NCBI GenBank assembly: GCA_944372665.1
Contig: CALVZV010000002.1
Span: 10,053-74,052, forward strand
Direction: 5' to 3'
Source: an uncultured Clostridia bacterium
GTDB lineage: Bacteria; Bacillota; Clostridia; Christensenellales; DTU072
Length of the DNA stretch: 64,000 bases
Shown piece by piece: positions 1 through 7,741 of the stretch; positions within the stretch are counted from its first letter, which is position 1; each line of letters opens with the position of its first letter. The translations under genes were made by a program, and so were the position numbers. A model generated the notes under the pieces. That model did no database searches, was not told where the DNA came from, and saw only the letters and a list, made by a program, of their open reading frames with translations.

Positions 1-2
1 TA

Positions 3-2102
3 GGCGGGTATCTGGACGAGCTGATTCAAAAAGCCGCGTTCATGCCGCTTAACGCCGCCGGCGACACGCTGTTCGACTTCGTGATGGGCGCCTACCTCGA
101 CCACGTAGGCGGCACCGACCGCCCGTACGCCGAGGCGACCGCCGACCAGAAAGAAGCGTTCGCCGGTCTGAAAAACGGCAGTTCCATAAGAAAACTCGTC
201 GATATCCTGCTTGACGAAAACACCGGGCTTTACAGAATAGTCATGGGACTGTTCCAGCCCATAGACCTTGCCGAGGGAGTTGATTCCAAAACGGTCGGTC
301 TTTTGGAAACTTTGATCTCGACGCTGCTGGTCATCGAGATGCCGCTGGACGAATTCAACCTCGATTCGGCAAGCCTTCTTGAAAAGCTTTTCGTCTTCCT
401 TAAAGGCATGGGACTCGATCTCGGATTCGACCTTAAGGGCATGAGCGGCAAGGAGTTCCTTAACGACGTGCTGGATTCCTACGTGACCGACGCGCTGTAC
501 ACTTCGCTGGGCGAGATCGCTTACGGGATCGTGTACGCGTTCATGATCGACGAGGACGCTCCGATGGAAAACTCGGTGGGAGAATACAAACTCTATCAAA
601 GCGACGCTTCCCTTGCAGCCAGCTGGATCGAAGGTGAGATAGACAACACGCCTACGGTTGAACGCGGAATGCTGCCGTCACAACTGACCGTGACTTTCGG
701 TGAGGATCCGATGAGCACCAAAAACTTCGTATGGTTCACCGACGACGCAATAACAGGAACCCAAATTCAATATAACGAAGGCACGACGTTCGACCTGTCC
801 AAGGCTGTCACGGTGGACGGAACCTTTGAAAAATACGCTACTACTACCGCCAATATCGATCTTGGAATATACGCTACGCTTATGCAGATAGAGGTCATGA
901 GACACTCCGTTTCGCTGACCGGGCTTAAGAGCGGAACGGTATATTCCTACCGCGTGGGCAGCGCACAGAACGGCTACTGGTCGGCTACCTACACGTTCGC
1001 TACCGCCCCCGGCGAAGGCACTCCCTTCGAAGCGCTTTTGATGACCGACATACAGGGATCGGGCATGAATCCTTACGAGACAGCCTCCGAGATTATGGCG
1101 GGCATCGGATCGCAAGGTATATTCCGGGACGGCTTCGATTTCGTTCTCAATACCGGCGACGTCGTGGATAACGACCGCAACTGGGTGCAGTGGGGATATT
1201 ACCTGGGATACATGCAGGATTACTGGGCGAACACTACCAGCGTGGTCGCAAACGGCAACCACGACAAGCATTTCTACGAGGGGATAGACGAAGAAGATAT
1301 TGCCGAGGTCGCCGAGTATATGTGGCTGGACGACTCCGTGCAGGACGAATACAACTATCTGCTGCTCCACTTCGGGATCGATTATCCGCAACAGGACGCT
1401 TCCACGGGGGCGTACTACAGCTTCGATTACTCCGACGTGCACTTTACGGTGCTTAACACCAACAACCTTGATCAGTACACCGAGGCGCTCAGCGGGGAGC
1501 AGACGCTGTGGCTGGAAAACGACCTTAAGAGCACCGATAAAAAATACAAAGTCGTCATAATGCACAAATCGCTTTATTCTGCCGGTTCGCATATCGACGA
1601 CGGCGACGTTAAGGCGCTCAGAAAACAGCTGACCCCGATATTCGCGGACAACGGAGTGTGCCTGGTGCTTTCCGGTCACGACCACACATATTCCGAGTCG
1701 TACTATATCGACCGCAACGGCAACGCCATGGACGTTTCGGCAGACGCGACTACGGAGCTGGGAACCGTCGAGGGCGGCGTGCTGTACGTGTCGATGGGCA
1801 CTTTCGGCGACAAGTTCTATAACTACAGAAGCGACGAGGATATTCCGCTTCAATACGGCGAGAAACTGCACGATCCCGCGCTGTCCAACCCGACGTTCGG
1901 AAAACTCAGCTACGACGGAGAGAAATTGTGGTATACCGGCTACCAGTACGATCTGGAAACGGGCAGGATCACCGAGATACACGCCGGCATGAGCGAGCTT
2001 GAACGCATTATAGTGATAGTGGCGGTCGCCGTGGCGGCGCTGATAGTCGTCGTCGCCGTTGCCGCTGCGATCGGACGCGGCGTCAAAGCGAGGAAAAAAT
2101 AA
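3..2102 (+). CDS. Purple acid phosphatase-type metallophosphoesterase with FN3-like domain and C-terminal membrane anchor (5'-truncated by window)
   Basis: Frame is open from base 3. Motifs TDIQG, GDVVD, GNHD, MH, SGHDH; FN3-like 'HSVSLTGLKSGTVYSYRVG'; C-terminal hydrophobic helix followed by a basic tail. Confidence 0.85.
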   Translation, partial: GGYLDELIQKAAFMPLNAAGDTLFDFVMGAYLDHVGGTDRPYAEATADQKEAFAGLKNGSSIRKLVDILLDENTGLYRIVMGLFQPIDLAEGVDSKTVGLLETLISTLLVIEMPLDEFNLDSASLLEKLFVFLKGMGLDLGFDLKGMSGKEFLNDVLDSYVTDALYTSLGEIAYGIVYAFMIDEDAPMENSVGEYKLYQSDASLAASWIEGEIDNTPTVERGMLPSQLTVTFGEDPMSTKNFVWFTDDAITGTQIQYNEGTTFDLSKAVTVDGTFEKYATTTANIDLGIYATLMQIEVMRHSVSLTGLKSGTVYSYRVGSAQNGYWSATYTFATAPGEGTPFEALLMTDIQGSGMNPYETASEIMAGIGSQGIFRDGFDFVLNTGDVVDNDRNWVQWGYYLGYMQDYWANTTSVVANGNHDKHFYEGIDEEDIAEVAEYMWLDDSVQDEYNYLLLHFGIDYPQQDASTGAYYSFDYSDVHFTVLNTNNLDQYTEALSGEQTLWLENDLKSTDKKYKVVIMHKSLYSAGSHIDDGDVKALRKQLTPIFADNGVCLVLSGHDHTYSESYYIDRNGNAMDVSADATTELGTVEGGVLYVSMGTFGDKFYNYRSDEDIPLQYGEKLHDPALSNPTFGKLSYDGEKLWYTGYQYDLETGRITEIHAGMSELERIIVIVAVAVAALIVVVAVAAAIGRGVKARKK

Positions 2103-2983
2103 TGGAAGCGATACCGGTTACGCCCGACCTCGTCGGGCGCGCGATCGGAACCAGGAAACGCCTTTCCAACAAAGGCGATTACGGATACATCGGACTTATA
2201 GGCGGCTCCACCGAATACGCGGGAGCCGCCCGTTTGGCATATACGGCGTCGGCTGCAATGCGTTCCGGCGCCGGGGTGACCAGGCTGATAGTTCCTTCGT
2301 GTATTGTTCCGGCGATGCTGCCGTATATGACGGAATGCACGCTGAAGGTGATGCCTTCAAATGAATTCGGTTGCATTAGCTACAATAAACCGCTTTTGGA
2401 CGAGGCGACAGCCAATCTTAAAGCCATAGGCGCGGGGATGGGACTGGGTCAAAAAGGCGACAACAGGGAGCTAACGGAATACCTGCTGGGGAAAGACGTA
2501 CCCGTCGTGCTTGACGCGGACGCGCTGAACACAATCGCAAAATATCCTGAGCTTTTGGAACGGCGGCGCGCGGACAAAGTTGTACTAACTCCGCATCCCG
2601 GCGAATTTTCCAGGATAAGCGGTCTGGACGTGTCCGCGATACTTGCCTGTCCGGCGCGCGTCGCCGCCGAGTACGCGGCAGCGCACTCGCTCACGGTGCT
2701 ATTAAAAGGCGCAGACACGTTCGTTACGGACGGAAAAAGGGTATATGTAAATTCCAATGGCACCCCCGGTATGGCTACCGCGGGCAGCGGAGACGTGCTG
2801 ACGGGCATCATAACGGCTTTGGCGGCAAGAAACGACGACGTAACGCTTGCCGCGGCGGCGGGAGCGTATATAGCCGGCGCTGCCGGAGAGGCTGCGGCGC
2901 GGGAATACGGCGTGACGGGGATGATTTCTCCGGATACCGTCAAATATATTGCCTATGCGATAAAAGAGATCGCCGGAGAATGA
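2102..2983 (+). CDS. nnrD: ADP-dependent NAD(P)H-hydrate dehydratase
   Basis: KGDYG..IGGS..YAGA, GAGMGLG, LDADAL, LTPHPGEF, MATAGSGDVLTG motifs. Confidence 0.93.
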   Translation: MEAIPVTPDLVGRAIGTRKRLSNKGDYGYIGLIGGSTEYAGAARLAYTASAAMRSGAGVTRLIVPSCIVPAMLPYMTECTLKVMPSNEFGCISYNKPLLDEATANLKAIGAGMGLGQKGDNRELTEYLLGKDVPVVLDADALNTIAKYPELLERRRADKVVLTPHPGEFSRISGLDVSAILACPARVAAEYAAAHSLTVLLKGADTFVTDGKRVYVNSNGTPGMATAGSGDVLTGIITALAARNDDVTLAAAAGAYIAGAAGEAAAREYGVTGMISPDTVKYIAYAIKEIAGE

Positions 2984-3001
2984 TAGGTTGAAGATATACC
3001 G

Positions 3002-3459
3002 TTGCGCCCGCCTGAACGGACGGTCGCTTCCGTTTACGCCCTGCAAGAGCGTCTTTTCGCCCGTTTTGTCGGGAGCGTCGCTCGGCACGGCACCGTAGCC
3101 GTTCGCTTATACCCTTAAACCGAACGAAAATCCGTCTCCCTCGGGCGCCGAGTGCTCCGAAAAAACTTAAAACGAATAAATGCCTTTTATAATTCGGTGA
3201 TGACGAGAGAGTTTACAATGAAATAAGTAACCGAAAGTTATAAAAATATCCGAATCATAAAAATTCACTCTGCTGCCGCGGTAATTATTTTATCCCCTTT
3301 CAAACCTCGTCGGCAGCGAGAAATTGACGTTTTTGCCTGATTTCAAGTGTAGAAGCGAAGGTCTACGGTTCCGTGCCGAGCTTCGCTCACGCAGAAAGCA
3401 GACGAAAACGGCTTTTCGCAGCGTGTATTCGCAGCGCCTGTCCGGGCAGGCAGGCGCAA
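3002..3459. repeat. Long imperfect inverted repeat (decayed palindrome) filling the convergent nnrD/tRNA intergenic region
   Basis: 3081-3098 matches the reverse complement of 3363-3380 at 17/18; 3071-3120 vs 3341-3390 at 40/50; TTGCGCC 3002 / GGCGCAA 3459; inner TTTTATAATTCGGT 3185-3198 / ACCGAAAGTTATAAAA 3230-3245. Confidence 0.8.
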
Positions 3460-3462
3460 GAA

Positions 3463-3488
3463 AAAGGGCGCCAGATGCGCCCTTTCTT
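3463..3488 (-). terminator. Intrinsic terminator after tRNA (possibly bidirectional)
   Basis: AAGGGCGC-cagat-GCGCCCTT stem with A/T tracts on both sides. Confidence 0.75.
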
Positions 3489-3493
3489 CGGTT

Positions 3494-3570
3494 TGGTGGC
3501 GGGGATGGGACTTGAACCACATGACCTTCGGGTTATGAGCCCGATGAGCTACCAACTGCTCCACCCCGCG
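3494..3570 (-). tRNA. Initiator tRNA-Met (CAT), CCA encoded
   Basis: CGCGGGGTGGAGCAGTTGGTAGCTCATCGGGCTCATAACCCGAAGGTC...TTCAAGT...CCCCGCCACCA; unpaired 1:72 position and three consecutive G:C pairs in the anticodon stem. Confidence 0.93.
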
Positions 3571-3581
3571 ACGGCTATACT

Positions 3582-3610
3582 ATAATAGCAGTAAAAAAGC
3601 GTTTTGTCAA
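3582..3610 (-). promoter_or_regulatory. Sigma-A promoter of tRNA-fMet
   Basis: TTGACA-17bp-TATTAT on the minus strand. Confidence 0.75.
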
Positions 3611-3717
3611 CGATTATTCGCTCCTAAATTAAAAAAGGGGCAGCCTCTTTTGTCGGAAGCCGTCGTACGGGACGAAGCGCGATTTTGCCGCGCCGCAATT
3701 ATTGACCTGTTCAGCAA

Positions 3718-3746
3718 TTGACAAAACGCGCGCCGGAGATTAAACT
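3718..3746 (+). promoter_or_regulatory. Sigma-A promoter of dnaN
   Basis: TTGACA-17bp-TAAACT. Confidence 0.65.
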
Positions 3747-3788
3747 ATAATAGATAATAAATTTACTTTCGGAGATAAAGGAGCCAAG

Positions 3789-4886
3789 ATGAAATTCGTT
3801 TGCAATACGCGAGAACTTTCCGACGCATTAAGCACCGTGGGCAAAGCCATTTCCAACAAAGCCAACATTCCGATCCTTGAGGGGATCAAGATCCGCGCCG
3901 AAGGCGACGAAGTCACTTTGGCGGCTACGGATCTGGAATTATATATCATTTCGCGCATTAAAGCCGACGTCAGACTGGAAGGCGAAACCGTGGTCACGGG
4001 CAGAGTGTTCCAGGAATTCATGAAGAAAGTAGCCGACGAAAACGTAGAAATCGAAAAATACACTTCGACGCTGTCGGTGAACTACGGTGTCAACGTCTCC
4101 GAATTCCAGTGCATGGAGGACGAGACCTATCCCGAATTCAAGGATATGCCCGCCGACAACGGTTTCGTTGCAAAGGACAAGGATCTGCGCGACGCCATTG
4201 AGGGCGTGATATTCTGCGCCGCCCAGGACGACAGCCGCCCGATACTGCGCGGCTGCAAACTCGAGGTCGAGGACGACGAACTGGTCGCGGCGGCTTTGGA
4301 CGGATACCGTCTGGGCGTTACCAAATGCCGCGTTTTCGGACAAAAGGGCGATTTTTCGGCGGTTATCCCCGCAAAGAATCTGCAGGAGATAGTCAAGATC
4401 ATAGGCGAGGAAGGCTCCAACGTCACCGTGAACGCCGAAAAGAGCCGCGTGCTGTTCGATCTGGGCAGCACCAAGATAGTCACCCGCGTGCTAGAGGGCG
4501 AATTCATACAGTACAAAAAGATAATACCCGAAGCCGTTTCCAGCTCCGTGACTGTAAACAAAAGCGCGCTGGAGAACGGGCTTGACCGCGCCACGCTGGT
4601 AGCGAAAAACAAGAAAAACTACGTAAAACTTTCGTTATCCTCCGGGAAAATAGATATCGATTCGTCTTCCGAACTCGGCAAGATACACGAATCGGTGCCC
4701 TGCGAGCTGAGCGGCAAGGATATTGAGATCGCGTTCAACACGCGTTACCTTTTCGACGCTTTCGCCAGGATAAAGGAAGACAACGTCAAGATCAACCTTT
4801 CCACGTCCAACGCGCCCGCGGTGATAGTGCCCGGCGACGGCGACAGATACCTGTATCTGGTGCTGCCCGTAAGACTTATAGGCTGA
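3789..4886 (+). CDS. dnaN: DNA polymerase III beta sliding clamp
   Basis: 365 aa; PILEGI, ATDLE, SRPIL.G, ALDGYRL, EIAFN.RYL, YLVLPVR; SD GGAG. Confidence 0.96.
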   Translation: MKFVCNTRELSDALSTVGKAISNKANIPILEGIKIRAEGDEVTLAATDLELYIISRIKADVRLEGETVVTGRVFQEFMKKVADENVEIEKYTSTLSVNYGVNVSEFQCMEDETYPEFKDMPADNGFVAKDKDLRDAIEGVIFCAAQDDSRPILRGCKLEVEDDELVAAALDGYRLGVTKCRVFGQKGDFSAVIPAKNLQEIVKIIGEEGSNVTVNAEKSRVLFDLGSTKIVTRVLEGEFIQYKKIIPEAVSSSVTVNKSALENGLDRATLVAKNKKNYVKLSLSSGKIDIDSSSELGKIHESVPCELSGKDIEIAFNTRYLFDAFARIKEDNVKINLSTSNAPAVIVPGDGDRYLYLVLPVRLIG

Positions 4887-4891
4887 CAAGC

Positions 4892-4925
4892 AAAACGCCC
4901 GTGCCCGCTAGCGGGCGTTTTTTTT
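4892..4925 (+). terminator. Intrinsic terminator after dnaN
   Basis: AAAACGCCCG...CGGGCGTTTT followed by a T tract. Confidence 0.8.
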
Positions 4926-5037
4926 ACCCTAAACGCTATTGTAATAAGCAAAGCAATGCATTATAATTTAATAGTCTGGCACGCAGTCCCGCGCAAGGCG
5001 CAGAACGCGCTTTCGGGATTGCGGCAGGGGAGCTGAT

Positions 5038-5814
5038 ATGTGTTTGATGAAAAAAATATTGCGGCTGATACTGCCTTTTCCGCGTTTTGAAAGCGCCGAA
5101 CGCGTGCTGTTCGTGGCGCCGCACCCCGACGATATAGAGGTTTCTTCCGGGCAGACCGCCGCAAAACTTGCCGCGGCAGGCAAAACAGTGCGTTTCGTCA
5201 TTGCGCTGGACGGCAGATACGGCTCCGAATCCGCTGACACGGATCCGGAGGAACTCATAAAAACGCGCGAAGCGGAACAGCGGGCGTCCGCAGCGAAGCT
5301 GGGCGTGGAGGACGTGGTGTTTCTTGGTTTTTCGGACGGCGGATTTTACGATACGGAAGAGCTTTTCGCTGCGCTCTACCGCGAGATACTGGCATTTAAG
5401 CCAGATCTGGTGTTTTGTCCCGATCCGTCGCTTAAAACCGAATGCCATATTGACCACGTCAACGTGGGCAACGCCGTAAAGCGGGCGTTTTTATTCGCTT
5501 CCAATGCTCCCATGGCTAAAAAAGCGGGATACGCCGCCGCGTCGCCCGCGCTTTTGGCAATGTATTATACCGACGAACCCGATTATTACTTTCCCACGGG
5601 CAGAAAGTGGCGCAGGCTCCAGAAAGAGGCGCTGGCATGCCACGGCTCGCAGATGAGTTACACGCCCGACAGAAAAGGGAGCGGAGATCTTATAAACCTG
5701 TATATCGATTTCAGAACGATCAGATTCGGATTGAGATCGTTAAGACCGGGCGGCGCCGAGGGCTTCAGGTGTCTCACGCCCACACACGCGCATTGCTGCG
5801 CGGAAAAGATTTAG
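5038..5814 (+). CDS. PIG-L/LmbE family deacetylase
   Basis: APHPDD, R.AEQ..SA..LG, HIDH, H.SQ, AEGF motifs. Confidence 0.88.
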   Translation: MCLMKKILRLILPFPRFESAERVLFVAPHPDDIEVSSGQTAAKLAAAGKTVRFVIALDGRYGSESADTDPEELIKTREAEQRASAAKLGVEDVVFLGFSDGGFYDTEELFAALYREILAFKPDLVFCPDPSLKTECHIDHVNVGNAVKRAFLFASNAPMAKKAGYAAASPALLAMYYTDEPDYYFPTGRKWRRLQKEALACHGSQMSYTPDRKGSGDLINLYIDFRTIRFGLRSLRPGGAEGFRCLTPTHAHCCAEKI

Positions 5815-6282
5815 ATGACCGATCCGGAAACGGCGGTGGCTTTCACGTCACCCAAAAGAGCGTATCTGCTGAGCGCCCCCGTAAACGTCCGTTCGCTGAC
5901 GGATTACGGCGACTTGCTGTTCAGGATAAAATATTCGCGCGGCGGCTGCGCTTTTTACGGTGCTTCGGGAGAATGCGTAGCCCGGATTTGTTTTTCTTCC
6001 GGCATTGCCGAGGTAAATTTCCCTTACGGCACCGTAAATATGTCCGTCAGCGGCAGAAACGCCGTTTTCGAGGGTGATTCGGGATATTCGTTTTTATATA
6101 CCGCCGCAGGTGCCGAATATCCGATCGTAGTCAAAAACGGTCGGGTCGTAGCCGAGTACGGCGCGGCGTACGAGGATAAAAACGTATGTAAATGTATCGC
6201 GGTAAACCGTACCGAAGCCATCGCGGCGCACGCGTTTTATTGCGCCGCGGAGCGGCTGACTGACGGCATAAAAGGGTCTTAA
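5815..6282 (+). CDS. Hypothetical protein
   Basis: 155-aa ORF abutting the deacetylase stop; no recognised motif. Confidence 0.55.
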   Translation: MTDPETAVAFTSPKRAYLLSAPVNVRSLTDYGDLLFRIKYSRGGCAFYGASGECVARICFSSGIAEVNFPYGTVNMSVSGRNAVFEGDSGYSFLYTAAGAEYPIVVKNGRVVAEYGAAYEDKNVCKCIAVNRTEAIAAHAFYCAAERLTDGIKGS

Positions 6283-6308
6283 ACTCAAAGCATGTTTCGG
6301 AGGCAGAT

Positions 6309-7652
6309 ATGGAAAAGTACGATTTGATCGTGATAGGCGGCGGCCCGGCAGGGTATAAAGCCGCCGAAAAGGCCGCAAAACGCTTCAAGGTCGTGTTGTT
6401 CGAAAAGGAACAGCCGGGCGGCGTGTGCCTCAACAAAGGCTGCGTACCCACCAAATCGCTTATCCACGCGGCAAAGGAGCTTTATTCCTGCAGAAAACAT
6501 GTCGGGCTCAGCGACGTGCCCGTATCCGCCGAGGAGGCTGCTAAAATGAAGGCGGCAAAGGAAAAGCACGTAAAGATCCTGCGCGCAGGCGTCGTCCAAT
6601 CGCTGAAAAAAGCCGGGGTAACGATAGTGAACGGCAGCGCCGAAATATCAGGAAAGCGCGGCGGCTTGTTCACCGTGGTTTCGGACTCGGCGGAAGCGGC
6701 TGCCGAAAGACTGCTGATAGCAACGGGCTCGTCGCCCGCGTTTCCGCCGGTAAAAGGGCTTAAAGAAGGATTGCGGCGCGGCAACGCGGTGGACAGCACG
6801 GGCGCGCTGGACGTCTCCTCGGTACCCTCGGCGTTCGCTGTCGTAGGCGGCGGAGTGATAGGCGTGGAAACGGCGTCGCTTTATGCAATGCTTGGATCCG
6901 AGGTCAGTCTGTTCGAAGCCGAAAACGAGCTCACGGCATCGCCCGACGCGGATTCGCGCGCGCTGATGAAAAAGACTCTGGAGCGGCTTGGCGTCAGGGT
7001 TTTTACGGGCGCGAAGGTTACCGAAATATCCGAAGACGGTCTGAGTTTTACGCTGGGCGGCGAAGAAAAAAAAGCGGCGGCGGAAAAGATACTGGTGTGT
7101 ACCGGACGCAGACCCAACCTGGAGGGATACGGGTTGGAAAACCTTTCCCCCGAGACGGATCGCGGGATAGTATGCGACGAATATATGCGCACATCGGTAC
7201 CCGGAATGTGGGTTGCGGGAGACGTAAACGGCAAAATGATGCTTGCGCATAAAGCGTATCGCGAAGCTTCGGTCGCAGTGAGCGACATGTTCGGCGAGGA
7301 CGAAAAGATGCGTTACGATTCGGTTATGTCCGTGGTTTACACGTCGCCCGAATTCGCCTCCGTGGGCGTTTCGGCGGAGAGCGCTTCGGTCAGGGCGTTT
7401 ACCGTGCCCGCGTCGTATTCTCCGCGTTACGTGGCGGAGAGCGCCGACAGGGACGGCTTTATCAAATTTATGATAGATACGGAAAAGGGCGTTTTGCGCG
7501 GCGCGCATCTGGCGCTGCCGTACGCGTCCGAGATAGTCGGCGCGCTTGCCGCTTTCATCCATCTGGGCACGCCGGTGAAACAGATAAAAAAGCTGTGTTT
7601 TCCGCATCCCAGCGTTTCCGAGCTTATTTCTTACATACCTTATCCCGATTGA
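6309..7652 (+). CDS. lpdA: Dihydrolipoamide dehydrogenase-like pyridine nucleotide-disulfide oxidoreductase
   Basis: GGGPAGY, GGVCLNKGCVPTK redox disulfide, GGGVIG, MLAHKA, PHPSVSE. Confidence 0.85.
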   Translation: MEKYDLIVIGGGPAGYKAAEKAAKRFKVVLFEKEQPGGVCLNKGCVPTKSLIHAAKELYSCRKHVGLSDVPVSAEEAAKMKAAKEKHVKILRAGVVQSLKKAGVTIVNGSAEISGKRGGLFTVVSDSAEAAAERLLIATGSSPAFPPVKGLKEGLRRGNAVDSTGALDVSSVPSAFAVVGGGVIGVETASLYAMLGSEVSLFEAENELTASPDADSRALMKKTLERLGVRVFTGAKVTEISEDGLSFTLGGEEKKAAAEKILVCTGRRPNLEGYGLENLSPETDRGIVCDEYMRTSVPGMWVAGDVNGKMMLAHKAYREASVAVSDMFGEDEKMRYDSVMSVVYTSPEFASVGVSAESASVRAFTVPASYSPRYVAESADRDGFIKFMIDTEKGVLRGAHLALPYASEIVGALAAFIHLGTPVKQIKKLCFPHPSVSELISYIPYPD

Positions 7653-7741
7653 ACCGGCGCCGCATTCGGCGCGGGCAAACGCTTTTAAGAGTGCACACTC
7701 CGAAATCATGCGGCATATATTGACGCATATTCGGAGGTTTC

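Noticed and set aside
3160-3320. AT-rich stretch near dnaN as a possible oriC
   Set aside because: No convincing DnaA boxes (best TTATCCCCT) and no dnaA; better explained as the centre of the palindrome.
3290-3585. Short ORFs overlapping the tRNA and palindrome
   Set aside because: They overlap the tRNA gene and repeat arm, with no RBS or motifs.
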